From an uncultured Caballeronia sp. (GTDB lineage Bacteria; Pseudomonadota; Gammaproteobacteria; Burkholderiales; Burkholderiaceae): a stretch of DNA of 55,459 nucleotides. Location of the stretch: the NCBI GenBank assembly GCA_940588625.1, contig CALNPU010000001.1, positions 1 to 55,459 on the forward strand, in the 5' to 3' direction. The notes under the pieces are model-generated. The model searched no databases and was not told the origin of the DNA. It worked only from the letters and a program-made list of their open reading frames with translations. Below, piece after piece: positions 1 to 10,799 of this stretch. Both the position numbers and the translations under genes were made by a program. The stretch's first letter is position 1. Every line of letters begins with the position of its first letter.

Positions 1-322
1 CCTTCTCACGACGCCGACGCGGCATTGCACCAACGCATCGATCAAAACTCCATTGGGCGCTTGCGCTCAACGGGGAAGCCCTTGTGAAAGTAAGGAGCTT
101 AGCGAAGCTGAAAGGCTGCCCGCACGAAACCGTAATCGCAGTGAATCGTCGTCATGACGCTTGTAAGCGAGCACGCCGATTGCGGACAGCCTCGATGTTT
201 TGCCTAAACCACCACGAAATTTTCAGGAATGACAGTAATTTCGGCGCATTTCATGCGCTGCGCCGCACAGCAAGAGTAATTTTTTTGTATAGTGCGCCGG
301 TTGCCGACGTTCCCGACCCCAC

Positions 323-2143
323 ATGCCTTCAAACATCGCGCGCTACCTTTCTCTTGCTGTCCTCTGCCTGGCGCTGACGATTCCGTTCGCGGTTGTCAAC
401 CACACGTATCCCATTCCGACCTTCTACGCCGAGTTCAGCGCGCTTGGGCTGTTCCTGGTGCTTGGCGGCGCAATGGTATTGATCGTGAGATTATCCGAAC
501 CGCTCGTGCCGTTTGCGACACCGGTTATCGCGTTAATGCCGCTTGTGCTCGGCTTTCTGCTTGTCGTGCAGACGGAGGTATTGCCGGTGTCGCAGCCATC
601 GATGAACTGGCTTGGCGGCGGTTATCTGCTCGCATCGTTTATCGCGGTGCATACCGGTTATGGCTTCGTGCACGCCGGTCTTGCCGAGAAGGCGTTGCGC
701 TGGGGCGCGGCGGCGTTGATCGTGGGTGGTTTGTTCGCCGTGTTTTGCCAGGTCGTGCAATTGTTCCACATGGAGCCGAAGTTTTCGCCGTTCGTGGTGG
801 CCTACAACGTCGCGATCGAGCGGCGGCCGTTTGGCAACATGGCGCAGGCGAATCACCTTGCGACCTACATTTCATTTGCGACGGCGGGTGCCCTGTACCT
901 GGTGCAGACACGACGTCTGCCGGTGATCGTATGGCTCGTCCTGTCCGCCATATTTTCAGCAGGGCTGGCGTTGACCGTCTCGCGGGGGCCGTGGTTGCAG
1001 ATGAGCGTGATCGTGGTCGGAGGATTCTGGATGGCCTTCATTCAGGGCCGCTCGACCTTGGCGGATGACCCGGATGGACCTGCGAGTCGTGCTGCTCGCA
1101 ACAAAACACGCGCGTGGTTGATTCCGATCGTGCTGCTCGTGTTGTTCTTCGCCGTGAACGCGGCGATTCGCTGGGCGAACTTGCGTTTTCAACTTGAACT
1201 TGGCCAATCGGCTGCCGAGCGGATGCAGGACGCGAATCAGATCGCGCCGCGGCTTGCGCTCTGGAAGTACGGCTGGACCATGTTCCTGACGCATCCGTTG
1301 TTGGGTGTTGGCTGGGGCGAGTTCTCGCTGCATCAGTTCGAGTTCGTGCGTGAGCTTGGTGGCGTGGAGATTGCGAACAATTCGCACGATATCTTTATCG
1401 ATTTGCTCGCGAAAACCGGTCTGCTGGGCGTGGCGATCGTGTTGTTCAGCGTGGTTTGCTGGCTCGTGCGCGTGCTGCGTGCGCCGCATTCGCCGGCGCG
1501 GATTTTCGCGCTGTCGCTGCTGGGCGTACTGATGATGCATGCGCTGGTCGAGTATCCGCAGCAGTACATGTTTTTTCTGATGCCCCCGATGCTGATCTTC
1601 GGCTTGCTCGAGACGCGGCCGGTGCGGTGGGTATCGCGGTCGTTTTCCTATGGGTTGTATGTTGTGCTGGTGGTGCTTGGACTGGCTTCGCTTTATCCCA
1701 TCTTGCGCGATTACAACCGGTCGGAAGTGCTCTATTACGGCTCGCAGCCTGCAGAGCAATATCGTGCAGATCCGTCGTTCTTGTTCCGCGCATGGGGTGA
1801 GTACGGTGCCGCGACGTTGCTGCCGATGAACAGTCAGGACCTCGGCACCAAGCTCGCGATGCATCGTCAGGCGCTGGCTTTGTTGCCGGGGGAAACTGTA
1901 TTGCGACGCTATGCGGTGTTGCAGGTGCTGGCCGGACAGTCGCAGGACGCGCTGGATATAATCGCCCGATTGAAGATCTTCTCCACCGAGCTTCACGACT
2001 GGCCGCAACAACTGGCGGATGTTTATCAGTTACTGGACGATCAGGGTAAACCGTTGGCCGGGTTTAAGGCTGAACTGATGAAGATGTATGGCGTGCCCGC
2101 ACCGTCGACCACTGACGATGATAGTGATGACGGGGACGATTGA
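323..2143 (+). CDS. pglL: PglL-family O-oligosaccharyltransferase (O-antigen ligase-like, Wzy_C)
   Basis: Intact 606-aa multi-TM ORF. Motifs GNMAQANH, HPLLGVGWGEF, NNSHDIFIDLLAKTG, HALVEYP. Lies next to moaC, as in Burkholderia. Confidence 0.85.
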   Translation: MPSNIARYLSLAVLCLALTIPFAVVNHTYPIPTFYAEFSALGLFLVLGGAMVLIVRLSEPLVPFATPVIALMPLVLGFLLVVQTEVLPVSQPSMNWLGGGYLLASFIAVHTGYGFVHAGLAEKALRWGAAALIVGGLFAVFCQVVQLFHMEPKFSPFVVAYNVAIERRPFGNMAQANHLATYISFATAGALYLVQTRRLPVIVWLVLSAIFSAGLALTVSRGPWLQMSVIVVGGFWMAFIQGRSTLADDPDGPASRAARNKTRAWLIPIVLLVLFFAVNAAIRWANLRFQLELGQSAAERMQDANQIAPRLALWKYGWTMFLTHPLLGVGWGEFSLHQFEFVRELGGVEIANNSHDIFIDLLAKTGLLGVAIVLFSVVCWLVRVLRAPHSPARIFALSLLGVLMMHALVEYPQQYMFFLMPPMLIFGLLETRPVRWVSRSFSYGLYVVLVVLGLASLYPILRDYNRSEVLYYGSQPAEQYRADPSFLFRAWGEYGAATLLPMNSQDLGTKLAMHRQALALLPGETVLRRYAVLQVLAGQSQDALDIIARLKIFSTELHDWPQQLADVYQLLDDQGKPLAGFKAELMKMYGVPAPSTTDDDSDDGDD

Positions 2144-2217
2144 GGCAGCGAGTGGTTGATTCGCCAGCCTTGGTGAGGCTGGGGGTCTCGAAGTCGAAGG
2201 GATCGATTGTTGCTGGG

Positions 2218-2255
2218 GAAAAGGCAGTTCCGACTCGCGTTGGAACTGCCTTTTC
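2218..2255. terminator. Bidirectional intrinsic terminator
   Basis: Perfect 14-bp inverted repeat GAAAAGGCAGTTCC / GGAACTGCCTTTTC between convergent pglL and moaC. Confidence 0.8.
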
Positions 2256-2329
2256 TCGACTAAATTTCATTGCTTGCCAGGCACCGGCAGTGATTTACAA
2301 GGGCTCAGTGCCGGCGGAGGACATTCAAA

Positions 2330-2813
2330 TTCAACTTCCCCGCCACCCAATCCCCCGACTTCCCTCCGTGCTTCTCCAGCACCTTCACATTGGTGATCGT
2401 CATTCCGCGATCCACTACTTTTCACATGTCATAAACCGTCAGCAGTCCCACCTGCACGGGCGGTCAGCGCTCCATCTCCACGCCCGCGCGCCCGACCGTT
2501 TCAACGTGTACTTCGCAAAACACGCCGGGCAGTTTTTCATCGATGGAAAAATCCACCGCCACTCGCGTCAACGCCAGTGGATGGCATAGCGGGATCAGAT
2601 CGGAGGTGCGTTTGGCACCCTGGATCGCAGCGATTCGCGCCACGCCGAGTACATCGCCTTTTTTAGCCTTGCCGTCGCGGATCAGCGCGAGCGTGGCGGG
2701 CAGCATCACGATGGAACCACGCGCGATGGCCATGCGACGCGTCTCGCCTTTGTCGCCGACATCGACCATGTGCGCGCTTCGCCAGAAGCATCGAAATGTG
2801 TAAGTCCGGACAT
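2330..2813 (-). pseudogene. moaC: Cyclic pyranopterin monophosphate synthase MoaC, disrupted
   Basis: [13 protein letters not shown], frameshift, then MVDVGDK...LIPLCHPL...GVEME. Further frameshifts near 2470, and an in-frame TGA in YDM*K (normally YDMCK). 3' end approximate. Confidence 0.9.
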
Positions 2814-2934
2814 AACCTCTCCTTGCAACGGGCGCTCATCATAACAGCGGCGCATGGGTGGTCCAGGCGCGCACACGCTGCTACGATAAGCCTTTCAAAT
2901 CGTTTTCGCTTGTCCGTTCACAGCGTTTCAGCGG

Positions 2935-4893
2935 ATGGCCGCGCGCCACCCCGGCGACCATATAGCAAAGTTTGCCACGCGTCCAAACCGACTAGTTGCC
3001 GCCGTGTTGTGCCTGACCGTGGCCATGCCGCCCAGCGCGTTCGCGCAAGCGGTTTCAGCTGCACAAGCTGCGAATGCGTCGAACATGTCGAATGCGTCGA
3101 CCACATCGTCCACCGCCAAACCCCTCCCCGATTTCGCGCCAGCGCCATCCCCACCCACCGACGCCCCAACAAGCCCAAGCCCAACCGCAATCGACACCAA
3201 CGTCTTCGGCCTCTACGGCGGCGCCGAAGCCCGTTTCGCGAATCGCCCGGGTGAAAAGGCGGGTCTCCAGGCATCGATGAACGCGCTGCAACTGCCCGAT
3301 CTCGGCGATGGTTCCGGCGGCAAGCTCACCCCGCAGGTCGAGTACCGACCGGCTTGGCGAGCAGTTGATGCGCGACCTGCGCCGCGACCCCGATTAACTC
3401 GATGACTAGCTCATCCGCGACTATCTGAATTCGATTGCGACGCGCTTATCGGTGGCGACGATGCAATACATCGGCAGCTATCTACCGGACTTCGATCTCT
3501 TCGCCGTCCGCGATCCGCAGATCAACGCGTTCTCCATGCCAGGCGGTTTTATCGGCGTGAAGACGGGCTTAATTGCAACGAGCGAAACGGAGTCGGAACT
3601 GGCGTCGGTGGTTGGACACGAGATGGGACATGTGCTACAGCAGCACATCACTCGCATGATGGGCACGAGCGAGCACAGCGGTTATGCGGCGCTCGCGGCC
3701 ATGCTGTTCGGCGTGCTGGCGGGCGTGGTGGCACGCAGCGGTGACCTTAGGCATCGCGATGGGCGAGCAGGCGTTCGCGCTCGATAGCCAGTTACGTTTT
3801 TCGCGCGCGGCGGAACACGAGGCGGACCGCGTCGGCTTCCAGATGCTGAGCGCAGCCGGCTACGACCCCTACGCGATGGTCGCCTTTTTCGTGCGCCTTG
3901 ACTGTACGACCATGGGTGACAACGGCTTGCCGCCGTATCTGCGCACGCATCCGCTCACCGGCGAGCGGATAGCCGATATGGAGGATGGAGGACCGGGCGC
4001 GCCGGGTGTCGTATCGACAACCGCGCCAGGGATCGGAGTACGGTTTCGTGCGAGCACGGGCGCGCGTGTTGCAGGTGAAATCGGCTAGTCACGATATCGC
4101 CAGTCGCTTGCGCGCTGAAATCCGCGATGAGACTGCGCTGAATGTATCGGCGAACTGGTATGGAGTAGCGCTCGCACAGACCTTATTGGGTGATTACGAC
4201 GCCGCGACTAAAGCGTTGGGTTAAGCACGTAAGCACGGCAGGCGTTTGAAGGTAGCGTGGGAGAAGGGGACCAGGCGCAAACACAGGCATGGGGTCGGTT
4301 TCGCCGCGACCCCGTCAAGCCTTAACGAGCACAGCCAGCAAACCTTCGTTATCGTCCGAAGCACCCGGAAGCGCCGCACAACGCACCCCATCAACCAACA
4401 CCCCGGCACCTTCAATTGATGTCGCCTCGTGGCCAGCACAGCCCTGGCATCGCTAAACGCCGCGGGTCCATCAGCCACTCCCGGCACCGTCACCACAGCA
4501 CGCCGGCCGCAGCGCAGTTCCCCGAGTCTCGACGTTCTCGTCGCCAAGATCGCGCGCCTCTCGGGTTACGACGCCGAAGCCGTGCATCTCGCCGACATCG
4601 CCCAGCAGCGCTGGCCCGATTCCCACACCGCTGTCGAGACGCACTTGCAGGCGCTGCTATCGGCGCATCGCTTTACCGATGCCCATGCTCGCTCGCCGCG
4701 AAACCCGCGCCGATCCCGCTCAGCCCGACTGGTGGCGATATCTGGCGCAGGCGAGTGTCGGCGCGAACGATCCAATGCAGCAGCATCGCGCGATGGCGGA
4801 GAAACTCGCGCTCGATGGTGCGGGGCCATCGGCGATCCGGCAATTGCAGGCTGCCCGCGACCTCAAGAGCGCGAGTTGGAGAAGGACGATTAG
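2935..4893 (+). pseudogene. M48 family metalloprotease (BepA/YfgC-like), disrupted
   Basis: Fragments LPDLGDG, INAFSMPGGFIGV, HEMGH, EHEADRVG, YLRTHPLTGERI in different frames. Stops TAA 3395-3397 and TAG 3407-3409. C-terminal deletion. Confidence 0.85.
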
Positions 4894-4903
4894 TTAAGAG
4901 GCT

Positions 4904-5488
4904 TTACGAGGCCGCCGCTTTCGCCGCCGGACTCGTAACAAACCCAAACTTGCCCGCCACATCCGCCTGATCGATGTGCCCCAGCGCCAGGTCCACGCCA
5001 GCCGCGAAATGGAACACGCCGCCGTTATCGTCGAGATCGGCGTGTGTGGAAAACAGATCGATATCGTGATCGTGCAACGCGGCGACGCGCGGAACATCCG
5101 AACCATCCAAGAACAGCACGCCGCCTTCATCGTCGAGCCAAGCCGCCGCCGGTTCAAATTGCCCGCCCGCGTGATCGATCAGCCGCAGCGCGCTGTCCGT
5201 CGCGTCGTGCAACTCACTCAACCGCACGATCCACGGCGTGTAACCCAGTTCCACATACACGCGCTGCGGGCCGTTTTGAAAGAACCACTGACCGTCGGCA
5301 TCGGCGGCATAGTTCCGGTTGATGAAGCCGAGCAACGCGTCGTGCCGGATGATATCGCCGGGAAGGCCTGCCGCCTGCGTGGTGTCGTCGCGCATGCGCC
5401 ACTGGCCGCGCCGGTCGAGCAGCAGCCAGCCGGTGCAATGCGGGACGTTGGGCCATTTGGCCAGCGCCTGTTTGACGATCTTATCCAT
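4904..5488 (-). CDS. DUF2946-like conserved hypothetical protein
   Basis: MDKIVKQALAKWPNVPHCTGWLLLDRRGQWRMRD...WFFQNGPQRVYV. Intact; start overlaps the stop of the upstream hydrolase. Confidence 0.75.
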   Translation of the reverse strand: MDKIVKQALAKWPNVPHCTGWLLLDRRGQWRMRDDTTQAAGLPGDIIRHDALLGFINRNYAADADGQWFFQNGPQRVYVELGYTPWIVRLSELHDATDSALRLIDHAGGQFEPAAAWLDDEGGVLFLDGSDVPRVAALHDHDIDLFSTHADLDDNGGVFHFAAGVDLALGHIDQADVAGKFGFVTSPAAKAAAS

Positions 5489-6724
5489 GCTCGGAATCCG
5501 GTGAAGATTGTGCGGGTTTTGCCTGTCGCACATGGGTCTGCAAATAGCCGAACACTCGCTGCGATAACCAGTCTATCCGCCTCGGAAACGGCCCGGTCAT
5601 AAAACCGACGTGGCCGCCATGCTCGGGTTGATCGAGGGTCACAGCCGCCGACACTTCCGCCGCCGACGGCAACACCCGCCCGGGCAGGAACGGATCGTTG
5701 CGGGCATTCAGAAGCAGCGTTGGAATGGCGATGCGCGGCAAATAGGGCCGCGTGGTGGTGCGGGTCCAGTAGTCGTCGGTATCGCGGAAACCGTGCAGCG
5801 TCGCGGTCACGGCGTTATCGAAGGCGTGCGGTGCGGGCCGCGAACATGGCTTCGCGGTCGAACAGGCCGGGATCCCGGTCGAGTTTCGCCAGCGCCTTGC
5901 GCTTGAGCGCTGCGTGTGTAGACCATGCCGAAACCCTGCGATATTGCGCCCACCTGCATGGACATCGAGAGGAGCGGAGATTGCCGCGGTGGCGCATCCA
6001 GGATGGCGGCTGCGTCATGTTCCTGCTCGCCACAGCCAGCGCAGCAGCACGTTGACGCCCAGCGATACCCCCGCCGCGATCACCGGCCCCGCATGTTGCG
6101 CCTTTAATCGACGCAAGACCCAGTCGACTTCAGCGCTATCGGCGAGATGGTAAAAGCGCGGCAGGAGGTTCATCAAGCCGCCGCAACTGCGGAAATGCGG
6201 CACCACGTCAAACCAACCGCGCGCCTTGGCTTCGGCCATCAGCACGCGTGCGTAGTGCGAGTCCGAGCTGCCTTCGAGTCCGTGGAACAGCACAAAAAAG
6301 CGGTGTGCTCGGGTCGGGGAAGGGGGATGCAGCCCGCGCTGCTGCCGAGCCCCCATTCTGCGACGGCTTGCCTTCATTGATCGGTGCGGAAACCGTTTCC
6401 TGTCGTTCGCCTTGCGTTATGCGCGTATGGCCTTCGCCATCCACGTCATAAGACAGCCAGTCGAGATCGATGAAATCGCCGTCGGGGGGGTGTCCATCGT
6501 TCTCGCCGATATTTCACCGTCGGCCGCTGTGCAAACAAGGTCGGCACGACGGTCTGCGGATGCGCGGTGGGCAGCCATCGAGGCGGCCGGTACAGCCACT
6601 CGGCCAGCGGTTCAGGTTTTGGTTGGCTCACTGCATGGAGAGCGGCCGAAGCGGTCTGCTCAGGCGCAGAAGGGGTATTGAGCGCTGGAGCGTCAGGAAT
6701 GAGATGAACAGGATCGCGTTTCAT
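5481..6724 (-). pseudogene. YheT-family alpha/beta hydrolase, disrupted
   Basis: Fragments RPPRWLPTAHPQT, LFHGLEGSSDSHYA, GVSLG, LLNARNDPF, GGHVGF spread over at least 4 frames. Confidence 0.85.
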
Positions 6725-6871
6725 TGCGTGTCTTCACACAGGATGCTGGATAAACGGGTAGGCGGTCTGCAGGTCGGTTTCAAAGGCCTATTTATTTCCA
6801 ATCAGCCTGGCAGAGTAATCGTCGAGCCGCAGACGCCAGCTACCTTGCCTAGCGTACCCGCAAACCCGATG

Positions 6872-7318
6872 TCAATGCAGCGGACCTTGTCCATGTCGCA
6901 TTTTCGCCGTAACCTGGCCGGCGGCTTCGTCTGGCATCGCACTAGCGTGGATATGTGCAATGCGCCATTCCCCACGTTCGTGGACCATCACGTAGGTGCT
7001 GAACACCATGATGGGCGAACTGCCCGGCTCGACCGGCTGATGCGCTTCGGCGATAGCGTAGACCACGGTGCCGAGACTGTCGTAGACGCGGATATCGAGT
7101 GGCTCGACCGTGACCGGCCGGTTCTCCAGTTGCGTCGAAAGACCCGCGCGAATGCTGTCCAGGCCGCTCAGGTGCGAACCGTCCGCACAGATGAAAGTGG
7201 CGAATTCCTCGTCGATCCAGAGCGCCATGACGCTGTCGATATTGCCCTCCGCGACAGCCTGGTAGTAGGCGTTGAGGGTATCGGCGGCGGCTTCGAAGAG
7301 GCGGGCAAAACGTGGCAT
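6872..7318 (-). CDS. NTF2/SnoaL-like fold protein
   Basis: Intact 148 aa: AYYQAVAEGNIDSVMALW...GEWRIAHIHAS. Confidence 0.75.
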   Translation of the reverse strand: MPRFARLFEAAADTLNAYYQAVAEGNIDSVMALWIDEEFATFICADGSHLSGLDSIRAGLSTQLENRPVTVEPLDIRVYDSLGTVVYAIAEAHQPVEPGSSPIMVFSTYVMVHERGEWRIAHIHASAMPDEAAGQVTAKMRHGQGPLH

Positions 7319-7618
7319 GGCTAGTGGGTCTCTAACGGTCGATGCATGGCGCCCAATGTTGTCGGACAGTAAAGCGCCATGGTTCGGTCAAGTTTCAAAA
7401 GCATGGCCCCGGCTTAGGGACATTGGCATGTCAGGACTGGCTCGGAACCGCAAACGCGCCGCCGATGGGAACTCGGAGGATGCGGACACCGCGCCAGGAG
7501 AACCTGGCGTGGCAGACGCTGCTCTGACGAAGTCATGAAGCAATCTTCGAAGCGGTTCGGCCAAGCCGGCTCAATCAGCATGAGCCACGACACCGAAGCC
7601 GCTTCAGCCAAACCCGCT

Positions 7619-8668
7619 TTAATGGCGCTGCATCATCAACATGCCGCGCAAATCCCCGAAAACTTGCTCGGCGCCGAGTTCGCGCAAACAGTTCAAATGA
7701 CCCAGCGGACACTCGCGGGCAAAGCACGGACTGCATTCGAGGTGCAGCCATTGTACCTTTGCGAGATCTGAGAGGGGCGGTGTGTGGCGCGGGTCGGTCG
7801 AGCCGAACACGGCCACCAGCGGGCGACGCAGCGCGACGGCCACATGCATCAGGCCGGAATCGTTGGTGACCACGGCGCTGGCGCGCGAGATCAGCGCGCA
7901 GGCTTCGCCCAGGGACGTTTGCCCGCACAGGTTGCGCACATTCGGCGCGCGATTAGCAATGGCCTGCGCGATAGGCGAATCTTTCGGCGACCCAAGCGCG
8001 ACGATCCGCGCATACGGGAACGATTTCGCGATGAACTGCGCGAGCACCGCGAAATGCTCGGGCGGCCAGCGTTTCGCCGGACCATATTCCGCACCCGGAC
8101 AAAACACCACGAGCGGCGCGCGCGTATCCAGATTAAAGCGGGTGGAGACGCGCGCCGCTTCGTTCAAGTCGGCATCGAGCCGCGGTACCGGCATGGGAAC
8201 CGTCGCGTTTTCCCGCAGCCACGGCAGCTTCGCGCCCGGCGCGTAGGCGAGCGCGGCGTACTGGCCCACCATGGGCGGGCGTTGGCCCTTGGCCGGATTT
8301 GCGTGCCGCACGTTGAGCACGCCATAACGGCTTTCGCCCGTATAGCCAACCCGCAGGTTGATCCTCGCCATCCACGGAATCAGCGCTGATTTGAACGAGT
8401 TCGGCAGCACGTACGCAGCGTCGTAACCCACGTCGCGCAAATCGCTCGCCAGTTGCCAACGGCGCAGCATTTGCAACTTGCCGTGGGCGAGATCGGTGGC
8501 GTAGACGTCGTGGATCTCGGGCATGCGTTCCAGCACGGGCGCGACCCAGGCGGGCGCGACAGCATCGATGACAATGCGCGGATGCAACTTCTTCAGCAGC
8601 GAAAACAGCGGCTGCGCCATCAATGCGTCACCAATCCAGTTCGGTGCGGTAACCAACGCGCGACGCAT
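7619..8668 (-). CDS. waaF: LPS heptosyltransferase II
   Basis: APNWIGDALM, PGAEYGPAKRWP, VTNDSGLMHVA, FGSTDP. Intact 349 aa. Confidence 0.93.
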   Translation of the reverse strand: MRRALVTAPNWIGDALMAQPLFSLLKKLHPRIVIDAVAPAWVAPVLERMPEIHDVYATDLAHGKLQMLRRWQLASDLRDVGYDAAYVLPNSFKSALIPWMARINLRVGYTGESRYGVLNVRHANPAKGQRPPMVGQYAALAYAPGAKLPWLRENATVPMPVPRLDADLNEAARVSTRFNLDTRAPLVVFCPGAEYGPAKRWPPEHFAVLAQFIAKSFPYARIVALGSPKDSPIAQAIANRAPNVRNLCGQTSLGEACALISRASAVVTNDSGLMHVAVALRRPLVAVFGSTDPRHTPPLSDLAKVQWLHLECSPCFARECPLGHLNCLRELGAEQVFGDLRGMLMMQRH

Positions 8669-8934
8669 CTATTTAAGTTCCAGTCTCAAAAATAACGCAG
8701 CTTACGCCATGCAGGCGGGCGCGTTGTTGCTATGGGGGAGCGCCCGGCACCCGGCGTGTCCGGTGTCGAGGCGCGATGTGTTGTGCCGTCAAGGCACCGA
8801 GCGCGGCCGGAGCGTGATGTTCAACGGGATCAGCTGCAGCATCGGCTGGTTGCGGCACAACATGGCTAGTGGCCGCGGAAAAAGCGGGCGGTGTAGTTCA
8901 GGCCGCCAGCCGCTTTCTTCGCGAAGACGAAGAT

Positions 8935-9129
8935 TCAATGACCCTTGATCATTTCGCCGTCTTTCAGCTTGTAGCGCGTGCCGCAATACGGGCAACGCGC
9001 TTCGCCGTGGGTAATATCGAGGAAAACGCGCGGATGCGTGCTCCAGCGCGGCATGTTGGGGTTCGGGCAGAACGCCGGCAGATCTTTCGCCGACAATTGG
9101 ACCAGCGGCATTTCCTTCAGTTCGCTCAT
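8935..9129 (-). CDS. Zinc-finger (CHCC-type) small protein
   Basis: CP...HPRVFL...CPYCG motif, 64 aa. Confidence 0.85.
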   Translation of the reverse strand: MSELKEMPLVQLSAKDLPAFCPNPNMPRWSTHPRVFLDITHGEARCPYCGTRYKLKDGEMIKGH

Positions 9130-9268
9130 GAGGAATCTCGTTCGTTCTAGTCTGGGGACGCGGCAAGCCTGGTTTTTCGAGTCCGGTATTCAGACACGAA
9201 GCCCCAGAAAATCCGGCTCACCGCCGCACGTCATGCGTTGGATTGCACCTTAAGATACCTAAGCTCGG

Positions 9269-10192
9269 TTACTTAACCTGCGCAAGCCAACCGGCGTACT
9301 TTTCGTTCTTGCCGCTCACGATATCGAAGAATGCGCTTTGCAGCTTCTCGGTGATCGGGCCACGCTTGCCTTCGCCAATGGTGCGATTGTCCAACTCGCG
9401 GATCGGCGTGACTTCAGCGGCCGTGCCGGTGAAAAACGCTTCGTCACAGGTGTAGACTTCGTCGCGGGTGATGCGCTTTTCGATCACCGGAATACCGAAG
9501 TCGTGTGCGAGCATGATAACTGTGTCGCGCGTGATGCCGTCCAGGCACGAAGCCAGGTCCGGCGTGTACAGCTTGCCATTGTTCACCAGGAAGAAGTTTT
9601 CACCGGAGCCTTCTGACACGTAGCCGTCCACGTCGAGCAGCAGCGCTTCGTCGTAACCGTCGGTGATGGCTTCCTGGTTCGCAAGAATCGAGTTCACGTA
9701 CCAGCCCGACGCCTTGGCGCGGACCATGGAAACATTCACGTGATGGCGCGTGAACGACGACGTCTTGACGCGGATGCCCTTCGTAATGCCGTCGTCGCCG
9801 AGATAGGCGCCCCACGGCCACGCGGCGATCGCGACGTGAATAGCGTTGCCTTTCGCCGATACCCCCAGCTTCTCCGATCCCACCCAGATGATCGGGCGGA
9901 TATAGCAGGATTCCAGCTTGTTCAAGCCGACCACTTCGAGCTGCGCGGCTTCGAGCGTTGCGTGGTCGAACGGCACTTCCATCTGGAAGATCTTGGCTGA
10001 GTTGAGCAGGCGCTTGGTGTGGTCTTTCAGACGGAAGATCGACGTGCCGTTGCCGGTTTTGTAGGCGCGAACGCCTTCAAAAACGCCCATGCCGTAGTGT
10101 AGCGTGTGGGTGAGCACGTGGATGTTGGCGTCGCGCCAGTCGATCAGCTTGCCATCCATCCAGATCTTGCCGTTGCGGTCGGCCATTGACAT
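9269..10192 (-). CDS. ilvE: Branched-chain amino acid aminotransferase
   Basis: MSMADRNGKIWMDG, LHYGMGVFEG, EGSGENFF, LDGITR, FFTGTAAEVTP. 307 aa from ATG at 10192. Confidence 0.95.
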   Translation of the reverse strand: MSMADRNGKIWMDGKLIDWRDANIHVLTHTLHYGMGVFEGVRAYKTGNGTSIFRLKDHTKRLLNSAKIFQMEVPFDHATLEAAQLEVVGLNKLESCYIRPIIWVGSEKLGVSAKGNAIHVAIAAWPWGAYLGDDGITKGIRVKTSSFTRHHVNVSMVRAKASGWYVNSILANQEAITDGYDEALLLDVDGYVSEGSGENFFLVNNGKLYTPDLASCLDGITRDTVIMLAHDFGIPVIEKRITRDEVYTCDEAFFTGTAAEVTPIRELDNRTIGEGKRGPITEKLQSAFFDIVSGKNEKYAGWLAQVK

Positions 10193-10799
10193 ACGATTCT
10201 CCTGGCAAGTTGTGTGCAGATATTGAGTGGGTCGCCGGATTGCGCCAGCGTATCTCGCTAGCTTGGTTGCCAGCTTTCCAGCCCGCGTCTTTCGCTCGCT
10301 TAACCGGCATGACGATGACAACGGGCTTTCTGCGCCTTGTTCCCAGCCGTTGCGCTTGTTTGAAGACAGCGCGCGGAGCACAGGATTCCAGCGCAGAACC
10401 GGCAAACGACCGGGCAGCCAAAAACTGTTATTTTAGCGTCTTTTCGATTAAAAAATGGGCGCTGTCGGCCATTTGGCGCCTTTCACGACGCTATAACTCA
10501 CCTTTCGCCGTTATGCGATGTGCTCAGGGTGCAGTCAAAGTTACGATTCGAAAGCAAACCGTGAGGAACACCTGAAAGCCCGCCATGCGGATCGGTTGGC
10601 TTGATCGCGGTGACAGGGCGTGATTCAAAGCTCGGCGCGGTGGTTTCGGGTCGTTTTAGCCAGCGATTCATAGTCGACGATTCAGGCTCGGTCCGCGGCG
10701 GGTCCGTGCCAATCGTCCGGCTCTTGTCTGCTCTTGCCCGTTCTTCGCCGGATTCCGCCGCTCAACCGCACAAGCACACCGCGACTCGCACCAATCTCC

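Noticed and set aside
1-322. Possible pilin remnant or riboswitch upstream of pglL
   Set aside because: No pilin motif or riboswitch consensus recognised.
10193-10405. N-terminal extension of ilvE in the ORF track
   Set aside because: Homology starts at MSMADR with an RBS (AGGAG) just upstream; the extension is likely UTR.
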